DNA from: Dendrobates tinctorius
Lineage: Eukaryota
Reading direction: 5' to 3'
Assembly (NCBI RefSeq): GCF_039654945.1
Contig: NW_027361669.1
Span: 20,894,001 to 20,958,000 of the forward strand
DNA: 64,000 bases
The notes under the pieces were generated by a model, which worked only from the letters and a program-made list of their open reading frames with translations, ran no database searches and was not told where the DNA came from. Made by a program: the position numbers and the translations under genes. Shown here piece by piece: positions 1 through 12,954 of this stretch (position 1 is the stretch's first letter; every line of letters starts with the position of its first letter).

Positions 1-1049
1 GCTTAAATAAATTTAAAAAACAACTTTTGGTCTTCATTTTCCTAACCTGATGAGGGAAAGCCAACAGCTGGGGGCTGATGTTAATATTCTGGGAAGAGGC
101 CAATAGCCATAAAGCTTCCCAGTGTATTAATCACAGCTCACAGCTGTTTGCTTAGCCTTTACTGGTTATTATAGAGGAAACTCCCCAAAAAGGACGTGGG
201 GTTCCTCCATATTTACTAACCAGCAAAGGCTAAAGAGACAGCTGCATCCTGATATTAATAGGCTGGGATGGGGCCATGGATATATGATCCATTCATTAGA
301 TGTGCTAGTTCTGGTGCTTAGCCGCCAATCTTCCCACTTTCTCTGGTGCGGTGGCAATTGGGCTAACAGTTGTGGTGGGATGTCAGCTGTTTTATGTTCT
401 CTGACATCAAGCCCAGAGGTTAGTAATGGAGAGATGTCTATAAGACACTCCCATTGCTAACCCCATAGCATTATACAGCATTATAGAATGCTCTAGATAA
501 GCCCTGAAAGGCAGTGGCTGCAACTTATAACGTCCAAAACAGCTGACAGGTTCGCTTTAATTCAGCATTCGGCGCCTGAGAACAGCGTTATCCGTACAAC
601 TTTGTAATTGTACTGTTGTCATTTTTATTCACTGCAATCTCAAGATTTAAAATAATAAAGTAAAATGTACAAAACATGTACAGAACTTTCTCATTTTCAC
701 ATAAACTTCACTGTATTACTTATAGCTATTTAGTGTCTGTACGACTGTGTTCACGTGTAGCATAAATACTGTATTTTTTTGTTTTCTGCAGGTGTTGGCA
801 TTAAAATGCGCAATAACATTCTTCTCTGATTATTGCATCTTTGTGGATTTTCATTCTGCCTTCTGCCTCTTATTTGATGCGTTTTTGGTGCAGATGTGAA
901 GCAGAGTTTTTACGTGTTTTGTATAGTGCAGAAAAACTTTGATTCTGCACTTAAAAAGTAACATTAAGTTTTTAACATGCTTTTTTTAGGCTCCACATAG
1001 AAGACAAGATCGAAAAAAGCAACATAATTGCAGAGTTCAGCAGTGTCAA

Positions 1050-1680
1050 CTCAGGGGCTCTCCCAGTGTGTCATGGCACCAGCAAACCGTAAAATCTGAA
1101 CTATAGTATGGCGCTCCTTCTCTTCTGAAATTTGCACTGTTCTGAAAAATATTTCCCGATTACATGTTTGGTTTTGGCGCATTCAGTAAAAAATAGACCT
1201 CAGTTTGTTGTAAAAAAAAATCCTATTGGCCCTTAGAAAACTTAAAAACTTGGGGCTAAAACAACATTTATTGGTTAAAATGTAATTTATTCTTTCTTTG
1301 GGCACATGTGGTGTCAATATGATTATTGCACCCCTAGATGAATTAATTAGGGAGCGTGGTTTGAAAAATGAGTTCACATATGGGGATTTTTGTTATTCTG
1401 GCAACTCAGGGGCTCGGCCAATGTGACACGGCACTCTCAACCCATTCAAGCAAAATCTGAACTCCAATATTGAGCCTCTTCCCTTCTGAGTTTTGCACTG
1501 TGCTTCAAAAGTAGTATTCCCCCACATATGGGGTATCGACGTACTCAGGAGGAATTGCCTAACAAATTGTATGCTGCAATTTCTTCTGTTACCCTTATGA
1601 AAATGCTAAATTTTGGGCTAAAATAACATTTTTGTGAGGAAATTGTGATTTTTTTAAAATTTTCACAGCTCAATGAAGTG
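1050..1680 (-). repeat. Decayed fragments of the satellite-bearing TTAA (piggyBac-type) non-autonomous element also seen at 31695-36089
   Basis: Reverse-complement similarity to the ~360-bp subrepeats (e.g. cccccacatatggggtatcgacgtactcagga vs tcctgagtacgctgataccccatatgtggg); boundaries approximate. Confidence 0.65.
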
Positions 1681-1689
1681 CTACAAGGA

Positions 1690-3762
1690 TGTACATAAAC
1701 TTGTATAAATAAAGTGCCTAATCGTATTAAGTGGTTAATCACAATGATGTGCCGTACTGGTGGTTCCTGTTGTGTGTAAATGCCTGTGGAGACCAGTACA
1801 GAAGGAGATGCTATTTAGAAGAGGTTCCTCCAATGTGCTTACCTTGAAAAGCAAATGCCTACCCTTTATGTAGCATGTGCGTCGGTCCTTCCGAGACGCG
1901 GCATCCACCACTGGTTGTCGTAGGTGAAGCAGTAAGTGCTGATGTTTAAATCTCCTGTGGGTGGAGCCTGGCAGTGAGTGCGCAGCCTACGGGAGGCTGA
2001 CTGCTTGCCGGACATGACGTCACCGGATGTAAGGTGGGCGTGCGTTCCTGAAGTCTGTGGTGTATGCGTTCCACGGTAGTTCAGTATGTGCATGCCAGGA
2101 GTTAGGGATATATCTGTTCCAAGGACCAGAATTAAGTGTGTAAATAGGAAACCAGGCATACAGCCTCTGTACTGAAGGTGAAGTTGGATAGCACAGAACA
2201 GGGAAAGCAATAGGAACAATATGTCTAGCAGTCAAGTGGGTGGAGAAGGCAGGGGAGTCCGAGGGAGGAGATCATGGAGGCAGGGAATTCGTTGTGGTTC
2301 AATACAAGTGACTTTGTGAAAAGGATACAGAAAATTAGTGACATATAAAGACTGTCAAAAAACACCGATCAGGCATCATGTACAGATAGTACCAAAACAA
2401 TATGTAAAACATGACATAAGTTAATCACCCATGGAGGGACATCAGTACTATTAAACCCTAATTGACCCTACTGCATGAAAGATAACAGATCATATTCCCT
2501 GTTGAGACTTTTTGGGGATAATTTCTCTAATAGATGAATCCAGTAGGCTTTTCTTCGTTTTAAGATTCCAAAGCGGTTCCCACCCCGTCTAGGCGGTGGT
2601 ACCTGTTCGGTTACTTGGAATTTGAGTTGTGATATCCTATATCCAGAGGAAATGAAATGGTGCGGTATGGGTAGAGGGAGATTTTTGCATCTAGTTGTGG
2701 ACTTGTGTTTCAATATTCTATCCTTAATGGGTTGTGTGGTTTCACTCACATATATGAGACTACAGGGACACTTGATCAGATATACAAAGTGTTGGGTCAC
2801 ATGTAGAGAGAGTAGTCCTGAATTTTATATTTCTTACCTGATTGGGGATGATAGATAATATTACCTCTTAGGACGTTATTGCACTGGTTGCAATGGAGGC
2901 ATGGAAAAGTATCTGTTTTGGGATTCTGCAAAAACTGTTGTTGTGGTAAATGTCTATTTGTGCCTACATCCGCCTTAACTAGTGAATCTCTTAAGTTAGG
3001 TGCCCTCTTAAAACATGGTAAAATAGATTGATGGAACTCTGTAATCTCTGGATGTGCTGTTTGCAGTAGATGCCAGTGTTTCCTGATGGTTCTGTGCAGG
3101 ATATAGGCAAAGCGATAGAAAGAATGCACAAATGTGATACAGTTCATGACTCTAGGACATGTCGAAATAGTGGTTTTCATGGATCCATCTATTATGTGGG
3201 CTGGATAACCCCTATCACAGAATTTGGAACACATTTCTTCTAGTCTCTGTATACTTTGTGTTGCATTCAAGATAATTCCATTGACTCTGAAACTACGACT
3301 TAGGTATAGAGAGAGCTCTTCATTGATGTAGGATGAAGGCTCTTAAAATGCAGGAGAATGTTACGATCAGTGGTTTTGATGTATCAGTCTGTTGTTAGAA
3401 TTCCTTGTGTGTCTTTGATGACCAGTGTATCTAGAAAATTAATCTTATAAGGGTCATGTGACGTGGTGAAGCTTAGGCCCATCCAGGATGAATTAAGGAA
3501 TTCAAAACACTGATCTAAGGACTCCAAAGAGCTCCCCCAAATGCAAACAAAATCATCTATATACCTTTTCCATAGTTTGATATTGGCTTTGAACAGATGA
3601 TTAGTATAAATGGCAGTTTCCTCGTATTCTGCTATATAGCAGTTAGCGTAAGGGGGGCAACATTGGAGCCCATGGCCATTCCACAAATCTGTAGAAAAAT
3701 ATTGTCCTGGGACATAAAAATTTTTTTTAAGTTAGGACAAACGTGAGCAATTCAAGGCATAG
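1690..3762 (-). mobile_element. 5'-truncated Penelope-like retroelement (RT C-terminus, GIY-YIG endonuclease, 3' non-coding region)
   Basis: Frameshifted ORFs 3384-3686 (WKRYIDDFVCIW, INFLD), 2797-3270 (PCLHCNQC) and 2468-2800 (VYLIKCPCSLIYVSETT..RILKHKS, LNRE). Confidence 0.9.
2468..3762 (-). pseudogene. Penelope-like RT/GIY-YIG polyprotein, disrupted
   Basis: RT YIDD motif and GIY-YIG motifs in three different frames with stops. Confidence 0.88.
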
Positions 3763-3764
3763 GA

Positions 3765-6700
3765 TCACTTTGTCAGTGTCCATCCCGGATGTAGTGAGAA
3801 GCCAATTAACCAATTGTATGCCCTGTGAGTGTGGAATAGTATACAGGTCCTTGACATCATATGAGGCACGGAACTCCACTCTTGAAGCCAGACCAGTGTG
3901 AAAAGGTTACTGGATGTATAGCAGATAATGCTTCCAGTCACTTTTCCAGTACCATCCTGTTTTCCACACAGTCCTGTCTCAGTAGCCATGATTCTGGACC
4001 ACATAATCCTCACCCTGGTTCTCCTTTCTCCCACCATGCCTAGTGCCTGGAGACAAGTGATTCTACACTTGGACACTCCAAAGAGCTGTTCACATTTCCA
4101 TTTATAGAATCTGGCCTCTTGCACTGACCCTTTCAAGTAGGACATGAGAAGATTGCATTTAGCAATGCCCAAATATTTGAGCAGCCATGCTCATAAGAAG
4201 GTGACTGTGGCACAATGCAACTACTGTCACAAGTGGTGGATGATGATGAGACACAATTGCCACCAACTGAATGGTAAGTCAGCAAGTCAGGAGGAGGATC
4301 AGGATGCGGAAATAGAAGACGAGGTGAGGACGATGAAGTCACTGACCCAACCTGAAAAGAAAGGTGACATGCATAGCGAGGACAGCAGAGCAGAGAGGGA
4401 GGGATCCACATTATCACAACAGTCAGGAAGAAGCAGATTGCTGGCCAGAAACAAAAGGCATTCAAGTGTTCCCTACAGCACCAACACGGGTGATGTTGCC
4501 AGGTCAAGGTTTAGGTGTTCCCGAGTCTGGCACTTTTTTGAAGACAGTCTAGTTAACGCAAAAAAGGTATTAAATATCAGCCATGCCAGCATCAGCAGGG
4601 GCAGTACAACTATCAGCCTGATCACCACCAGCATGCTCAGTCACATGACAGCAAAGGACTCGACTAGTTGGGCAACCAGAAACAGTGTCTACAGGCGACA
4701 CCACTACCTTTTCCAATGTCCTATGTGCACTCAAATCCCCTATCCATGATGCAGACGCAGATGCCTCCCACCGAGCACTTGTCGTTGCACAATTATAACC
4801 ATCATCAACAAGACATTATCATCGCTGTCTCCGATGGGGCTTACAATCTAAATTCCATATCAGTATGTCTTTGGAATGTGAGAGGAAACCAGAGAACCCA
4901 GAGGAAACCCACGCAAACACAGAGAGAACATATAAACTCCTTGTAGGTGTTGTCCTTGGTGGGATTTGAACAGAGGACTCCAGTGCTACAAGGCTGCAGT
5001 GCTAACCACTGAGCCACCGTGCTGCCCATAACATCAGCTGTGCCCTGGCCAATGTTGTTACTGGGATGGAAGGTCCACTTAACAACGGAGAAGTGGACAT
5101 GTGCTTGTGGCCAGGGACGTGACACACTGGGTGAACATTGTGGAAGCCAGGACTCAGTCGGACCCTGGGACAGAACACGTGCTACCGACACCAAGGATTG
5201 CGGGCCCCGGTTCAATCATGGTTTTCCCTAGCTTTTTCAGCAGTTCGTGCACCTCCTCCTACTCACCCTGCATGTCCAAAATGTCAACATAAGGCACAAG
5301 CTGGAAGCACTGTGGTAACAGGCTCTGCTGAAGCTAATCTACTTAGGTGAGAAACTGCACACCGCCACAGATTTGTTGAAAGGTCTTACAGACCAGACTG
5401 ATCTGTGTCTCTTGCCCTTGATCCTACAACCAGGCATAGTCTTATGTGACAATGGCCCTAACTTGGTGGTGGCTCTGAAGCTTTTCAAATCGCACATGTA
5501 CCAAGTCTAGCCCACGTACTCAACTTAGAGGTTTAGCAGGTTCACAAAACCTACCCAGATCTGCCTGATTTACTTGTGAAACTACTTTGCGTGTGTGCCC
5601 ATTTCCGCAAATCAGCTACAACTGCCGCATACCTGGAAGTGCTACAGCAGCATTTGCAACTTTAAGCTCACCGACTGGTGTGAGATGTCACTACCCCTTG
5701 GAACTCAAAGTTACCTATGTTGGCAAGGTTCTGTGAGCAGCAGAGGGCAGTAGTTGAATACTAGCTACACCATGCCCTTCGGTATTCTGGCCAGTCTCCG
5801 CACATAAGAGCTGATGAGTGGGCATGGATGTCTGACATCTGTGTGGTTCTCCAAAACTTTGAGGATTCGACCAAGATGGTGAACGTCGATGATGCCATAA
5901 TCAGCATAATCATCTCGCTTCTCTGAAATGCTCGCTGTTGACGATTAAAAGGAGGATTTGCAGGTGGAGAGAGTTGAGATGGAGCAAGAAACTATAATGG
6001 GTGATGCCACACAGCCCAGCCACATCTCATCTTCTCAATGCAAATTGGGTGATTTTGAGGAGAAGTAGGAACAGAAGCTTGTTGCCTGCACTACAGACAG
6101 TACTACCCACACCACCTTCATCCTGTCGGTTCAGTGTGGATTGCCTGAAGACAAGGAGCAGAGAGAGGAGGACGAGGAGGAGGATGAGGAGGAGAAGATG
6201 TGCAGTCATCCTCTTGGTGGAGACAGGGAAATCTTGGCTGTTGGCAGTCTGGCACACATGTCTGAGTTTATGCTCTGCTGCCTTTCTGATGACCTTTGCA
6301 ATGTACACATTTTGGCCAACACTAATTACTTGTTGATCACCATTCAAGACCTACGCAACAAGGAGAAATTTATATCTCTCCTTCCCGTGGTGGAGAGTTC
6401 TAATAAAATATTGCAGTACCAGAATGCCCTAGTTGAAGAATTATTAAAAAAAAATCCAATCTGACAGCGTTGGCGGCAGAGGTCCCAGTTCCTTGGTCAA
6501 CCAAGAAGTAGACACGAGGGAGACACACACCAGCAGAAGCAGGGGAACACTATCAAGGGTCTGGGACAGTTTTCTCAGACCCTCCCATTGCCAAAGGCCC
6601 TGATGTGCAGGGTATTCTAACAAGGAGGGAAAAGTTTTGAAAGATGTTGAAGGAGTATCTTGCCGTACCAGTGTACTCCGTGATTCCTCTGTGCCCTACA

Positions 6701-6940
6701 TATATTGGTATCCAAGATAGACATGTGACAGAAATTGTCTCTCTACGCCTTGGAAGTCTTTGCCTGCCCTGCCACTAGCATTTTGTCAGAGCGGGTTTTT
6801 ATTGCCACCGGGGGTATTATAACCGATAAGCGCATCAGTCTGTCAACTGGAAATGGTGACAGGCTGACTCTTATCAAAATGCACAAGGGCTGAATTGTCC
6901 CAGACTTATCAACACCACCGAATGACAGCAGTGGAGCATA
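3765..6940 (+). pseudogene. Decayed hAT (BED-finger) transposase related to the intact copy at 42880-46413
   Basis: Motifs across frames: SRVWHFFEDS (BED), KVHLTTEKW, LCDNGPNLV, LAHVLNL, WNSKLPMLARFCEQQRAV, acidic tract, ACPATSILSERVF...KRISLS; many stops and frameshifts. Confidence 0.9.
4813..5027 (-). mobile_element. tRNA-derived V-SINE
   Basis: Minus strand starts gggcagcacggtggctcagtggttagc; A box 5006-5016, B box GTTCAAATCC 4962-4971; V-domain core ggagtttatatgttctctctgtgtttgcgtgggtttcctc...cacattccaaagaca. Confidence 0.88.
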
Positions 6941-7291
6941 AAGTCAAATAAAGTGTTTTTTATTTTTTTCTGGTCTATTCCCATGCACCCCTTCCCACCC
7001 AAACATGAGTATATGCTTCAGGATTTTGTCTTTTTTGTGTCATCCTCTTCCTTCTTCTACTCCTCCTCCACCACCATATCAACAGGATAATCATGCTACC
7101 CTCACTATAAATTTTTTAAGGGTGTTTATGATGCCCACATTAAGAATTTTGAGAGGCTGACCTCAATATTCTGTGATATATATTTATACACCCCAGGGGT
7201 AAATGTTTTTCAACCGATGTACTTAGTGCATGCGCATAAGCAGTCTATGATACTCACTCCTTAGTAATGGGAAAAATGCTTTTCTGAGGCT

Positions 7292-7500
7292 CCACCTTCT
7301 AGTCGATTGAACATTCTTGGAAAGAGCCAGTGAGCTCTGTTAGCATATGATCCAATGTCTTGCTGTGGGCTGTCAGGTGATCATCATATATGCGGAATTT
7401 CACAGCAGGGACAGGAGAGTTTGCACAGTAAGTACAGAATATCCTGGTCTCCTCCATATCAGACTGAGTAGATGCAAAACGCTCCACTATATTCCCCAGC
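7292..7500 (-). pseudogene. Fragment of a TRIM E3 ligase gene (TRIM25/finTRIM-like B-box region)
   Basis: ERFASTQSDMEETRIFCTYCANSPVPAVK...DDHLTAHSKTLDHMLTE matches the amphibian/fish TRIM B-box1 pattern (CxxC..PAVKSCLxCEASLCxxHLxxH) with the central SCLxCEASLC deleted, followed by a stop. Confidence 0.75.
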
Positions 7501-7724
7501 AGGTTTGATTAAATAACAGTCCTTGCTGCTGCTACGTTAAAATAATAGCTTTTTTTCAGGGCAAATTGAAATAGATTATATTCTCCAATAATACTGTTCT
7601 TATCTGCAATTCATGTAGGGTGAGCTTTCGCAGTAGGGATAGCGTATTACAGGCATCTAGTCAGGGATTATTGCCTTATAGACCTTGCTGCTGCAACCTA
7701 AAAAAAAATATCAAGCTGACATCT

Positions 7725-8999
7725 TCTAGGAACGGCGGAACGCACTAAATAAAAATAAATAATAAAGTGCGTTCGCCGCTCGGGGTCCACCGTGCAGTAG
7801 ATGTTATACCGCTGCTAGGTGATGACAGACAAGCAATATGGCGGTATAATGCGCATGGGTTAGACTTCACCCAAAGTGCACAAAGCGGGCTCTGTTCACA
7901 CACAGAGGCGCCGCAACAAAAACATACAAAAATACTGAGCCTGTTAGTATCACAGGCCTCAGGTAAATGCACACATGGTATCAGGTTACAGGAACACGAC
8001 CTAAGACAGAGGAGCTGTGTCCGTCTAGACCTACCATGTGTGCGGCGTCGCTACTGCGAGCGCCAAGAAGGGCTGCAACTGCAGCATGGCGTAGGACACT
8101 GCCGCAGGACGACACCACTACAAAGCAGGCGCAATGTTGGACGCTAGCGCAGAGGTGCGGTGTGCACAGTGGCCTAAGGCTTGCCACTGACTGGCGCTGA
8201 CTGCTGAACTAATTCCCTATCCACATGCGTAATATCAGAGGGAAGGGGTTTCTTAATAAGTCAGTCACCAGAATCATATATCCGTCACCATTTACACATA
8301 GCAAGTATAGTCTATACTAGCGCATGGCCGAAAGGTCATGCGCGCTTTTTATAGCCGTGCGGGACCTTCCAGATCTCCGAGATGGATCATTGAGATCTGG
8401 AGCAGGACCTGGGCACATGACTCCCAATCTCCAATGGGAGATCGTCTCATGAGTATGCCCAGTATGAGCACAAAGGAACTTAAGGTACTGTTACACTTAG
8501 CAATGTACCAGCGATCCCGACCAGCGATATGACGCGGTCAGGATCGCTGGTGCATCGCTAAGTGGTCGCTAGTGAGCTGCCACACAGGCAGATCTCACCA
8601 GCGACATCGCTGGGGACGGGGGTCGCTACTTACCTGTCACACTAGGCGATCCTGACGTCCTCCTGCCCGGCTCCACGCTCGTCGCTCGTCTCTCCACAGG
8701 AAGCGCCGCAGGAAACTGACGACGAGAAACAGTCCTGGACGTTCTCGCGCGATCAGTGATAACCAGCGGGGGAGCGGTCGGAGGTAAGTATCAGACACAG
8801 CGATGTCGCTAGCAATATCGCTATAACGTCACAAGATATAGCGATATTGCTAGCGATATCGCTTAGTGTGACAGTACCTTTAGTCTCTGGAGTGGTCTGC
8901 TGCAAAGTAATCTTCTCTGCAGTAGATAGACAGCAGGAGACAGCAGAATGTGATGCTCTGGATTCCTGCAAAGCAGTCGCAGAAACCTGACGCCTAACA
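7725..8999. mobile_element. Solo LTR with 5-bp TSD CATCT
   Basis: CATCT at 7720-7724 and 9000-9004; ends tctagg...cctaaca; the empty site is visible in the second repeat copy (gctaacatctattc near 9846-9860). Confidence 0.8.
8483..8879. mobile_element. PIF/Harbinger-type MITE nested in the solo LTR
   Basis: TIR aggtactgttacacttagc / gcttagtgtgacagtacct; TTA duplicated at 8480-8482 and 8880-8882. Confidence 0.88.
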
Positions 9000-9643
9000 C
9001 ATCTATTCTATTCCCTATGACTACCGCTGTTAGCTGCGTTTAGTGTAGGGATAGGTGCTAGATATCATTTGTTGGAGTTTTTATGCTGGTCACATACATG
9101 TCTTGCACAGTGCATAACTTGATTGCTTTTTTCCATGCATTTATTGACAGATTCATGTTTTTTACTGTGACCTGCACTCAGAAAATCATCAAAGCTTTTA
9201 ATATGAATTTATAATAAAAATAATGATTTTATTCTACATTTAATATAAAGATTTGATTGGCTTGGCTTGTAAGAACACAAACTGCATATTTCACAGGGTA
9301 GTCCAGCTGTAAGGCATCTGCTTTTCGTTTTACTATTGGTTCTTGTCCATTGGAGTGAAGATCGGGTTCATCTCTTTTTTTCCTCCTTTTTTTTGTAAGT
9401 TATAATCTAGATTTGGCACCTAGAATTGAAGAGATTATTAATGATATTAATAATTGTTGCTTATAAGAAAAATTTATTTTTTCATTTTACACATCTCTGT
9501 AATGCAACGTATTGGATCTGTTAACCCTGTGATGTCATTTGAACTTTGACATTGTGTCATCTGATCTCTTGGCGCTCATTTTTTGGGAATTCAGCATCCT
9601 CTCATAACTATATATTCTTGTGATGCCTGTACATCTGTGTGGT

Positions 9644-9687
9644 ATTTCCTGATAAAGGGGGCATGAGACCCCTGAAACGCGTTGAAT
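9644..9687 (+). ncRNA. Degenerate minimal hammerhead ribozyme motif (Penelope type)
   Basis: ttc CTGATAA agggg-gcatgaga-cccct GAAA cgcgtt gaa; G8->A breaks the C3-G8 pair. Confidence 0.6.
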
Positions 9688-12049
9688 AAAGCCACTGTGA
9701 ACTCAAGATTTCTTTCTCCTGGAATTTATCCCTGCGGCAGCGCGGAGTTATAACTACGTACAAATTCCCACTGAATACATGAAGGCATCTAGTCAGGGAT
9801 TATTGCCTTATAGTCCTTGCTGCTGCAACCTAAAAAAAGTATCAAGCTAACATCTATTCTATTCCCTATGACTACCGCTGTTAGCTGCGTTTAGTGTAGG
9901 GATAGGTGCTGGATATCATTTGCTGGAAATGAGTTTTTATGCTGGTCACATACATGTCTTCCACAGTCCATAACTTGATTGCTTTTTTCCATGCACTTAT
10001 TGACAGATTCATGTTTTTTACTGTGACCTGCACTCAGAAATTCATCAAAGCTGGCAGGGAAGCTTGCCTTCCTCCAGAGGTGTTGCTGCCATGTACAAAG
10101 AAAAATCTTTTCAGCGCCAATTCAAATCTCTTCTATATTCTGCAATAATACCTCTCTTATCTGCAATTCATCTAGGATGAGCTGTCACAGTAGAGATAGT
10201 GTACCCATGGCCCCTTACCTTTTTGGGAATACCAGCACCCAGCTGTCTGCTTTGGCTTGGCTGGTTGTCAAAAAAGAGGGGGACCCCATGCCATTTTTTA
10301 AAATTATTTATTTAAATATTTAATCATTAAAAAAAAAGACTTTGGGACCCCTCTATTCTTGATGACCAAAATTGCTAAAGTTGACAGCTGAGGGTTTCAG
10401 CCCATAGCTGTTAGTTTTGCCTGACTGATTATCAAAGATACATGGGAACCCACGCCAATCGTTTTTAAGTATTTATTTTGAGGGCAGGCTCCGGTTGCTG
10501 AATATTTTCATCAGTCGCCGCTTGCTCTCACTATTATCTGCAGCAGCAGGCATAGGCTGATGGGAATAGTAGCCCATCAGCCAACGCTGTGGGCTCACGC
10601 TGTCATCTGACACCATGACAACCGCAGCGCTCTGACCGGTGGTAATAATCTTACAGTTGATCAGATCAGACAGCGCAAGAAACACCTGGTGTTCAGGGTG
10701 TCAAACTCAAACAGTAGCATGAACTTCATGGTCAAGTCTATGTTCTGAGTCTGTGCCCAAAGAGTATGCGTTTTTGGTACAGACCCCCAAACTTTGCTGG
10801 TCGGGTTCGCCCATCTTTAATTGCAAGATTTCTATTTGTTATCTTTAGTACAGATTATCATATCAAAATAAAAGTTCCAAAAATTAAAAAAAGCTGAACA
10901 CGACAACGTTATTTAAACAATAGGTCATTTTCTGATGATCATTAATCGTAATCCCAGTCGGAGTACTTTAAGATTATCTCTGAAAAGTCAGACTTTGACA
11001 AGATACTAGGCCTTAATAATGCAGAGGAAAAAAAACATATACTGTAAGAAGCTCGCTTTGAAGCCAATCACTGCCTCTGTGTCTATTTTTAGTGACATAT
11101 TCCACACACACTTGACCTTTCTGATGATATGTGTTGTTTGACAGTTATAGAAATAAGGTTTATTTCAATTGGCATGTGATTTGTGTGCCTAGGCCTGTTC
11201 AACTCCAAGTGCAATTAAGTCAAGAGTTTTCGGGCTTGTTCACATGTTGTGTTTTTGCCATACAAAACCACAGCTCTCTACAGTACCAGCAAAGTGAAAG
11301 ATACTTCTGAAATTTTTTCCTTGCAAATTTGAACCATCAAAGTGTTTTTTTTTTGTTTTTTTTAAATCTGCAGCATGTCAATTCTAATAGAATTCTTGCA
11401 CTGTTTTTCACCTGTTATAAAAAATTGTAAAAATGCATAAAAAAAATGCACATAAAAGTGAGTAAAAAATGCATTTACAAATTTTTTTCCTTCCAATAAT
11501 TTGGTTTTCTTGCAGAAAAGTCTGCTGAAAATACTCAAAGTACTCAAAATTCAGCAATATTTTCCCATTCCGTACTAGTAGTCAATGATAAATCTAGAGA
11601 GCTGACAGCTACTCTGAATCACAGACTCCTCTTTAAGAACAAAAAGTAAGGACACACAACAAGACAGCTGAAGAAAAGAAAATTGGTTTATTTTGAGGAA
11701 AACAATTTTATTAATAAAATAATTAATGATAAGTGAGCATAAAATGCATTTTTGAAAGTGTCCAAACACAAAAATTAAACAACCAGAAATGACGCCATGA
11801 TAAGCCATCCTAAGGATAGGTGGGAGACACAGTCAGGCTCGGACTGGGGTGTCCGGAGCCCACAGGAGGAAATGACCTTAGGGCCTACCCTACAGCTATA
11901 TGCAAATACCTGTTAGCCATTATCCCCATTATAGTGGACCATGGACTGTAAAACACAGGAAGCACCTGCACATCTACTGTACGCACACCATACCTGGGAT
12001 GTACAATTAGGGTAGTTTGCATTAAAGGGCTTCTTTGGTTAAAAGACAT

Positions 12050-12319
12050 TATAATAATACCACATAAAAGGGAGAAATACTGCAACACCATGATTGGACT
12101 ACATAATCCACTACATAGTGACCAAATAATACTAAATTCAAGGGACAAATACCACCGCACCGTGACCAGACCACATATTGCTACCACATAGTGACCAAAT
12201 AATACCATATACAGAGGACAAATACTGTCACACCATGACCAGACCACATGTCACCACCACATAGAAACCAAATAATACCACAAGGAGCAAATACCACCAC
12301 ACCATGATCAGACCACATA
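12050..12319 (+). repeat. ~60-bp minisatellite (gaccacatattaccaccacatagtgaccaaataatac...), continues at 16110-16360 after the Tc1 insertion
   Basis: Visible tandem copies on both sides of the 12320-16107 insertion. Confidence 0.8.
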
Positions 12320-12954
12320 CAGTGAAGAGCAAAAGGGTAACAATTATCTACTTCTATTTAACAAAAAGCACCAGCGCGCTTGTTGAACAGAAGGAAGGAA
12401 ACCACAAAGGGTAAAGCAGCAGGCAAAACACAGGAATCTGTGTGTAAAAATCCAACCAAAGGCATGAAAACCAAAACAAATTGTTTGCTACGCCAAACCC
12501 TACCAATTCATAAGATAATACAAAATTAAACTGAATGAAAATAAAAATGAAAACAGAAGAAAATAAAAATCAGCATGGGCTGCCTTCAAATAACACTAGC
12601 TGAAAACGTTGGGTAAAGAACTATATAGTACAAGTGGGCACACACTCAGAATGAAAGTGTATCTCCAGTTAGAAAAGTAATAGAACATAACCATGTGTAC
12701 AATTCATACAGGAACTCCCCGTGGGATGAGTACCAGAGAGGTATAAGATAAAAAAAAAAAAAAGATCTTTAAAACACTGGATTCTGGAGTGATGTAGTAA
12801 AAAAGAGAAATAGTGCTCTATGATGGAAATACTCCAGATACTAAAGACACCAAACACCAGTTCACTCGAAGAGGCAAGAGAGATAAACCTGGATAACAAC
12901 TAACCTGTTGTGACTGTGTGTCCAATGACCTTAATCCATAGACAGTAATGCTGG

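Larger units (their letters stand above)
7651..10052 (+). mobile_element. Penelope-type pseudo-LTR, ~850-bp unit repeated ~1.3 times and interrupted by a solo LTR
   Basis: 7651-7724 plus 9000-9196 is a direct repeat of 9783-10052; the intervening part has a minimal hammerhead motif at 9644-9687. Confidence 0.65.

Noticed and set aside
41-70. ctgatga followed by gaaa as a hammerhead
   Set aside because: No room for stem II and no stem I/III pairing; part of a common dispersed repeat
4955-5027. tRNA gene
   Set aside because: A and B boxes run directly into a V-SINE core; it is the SINE head
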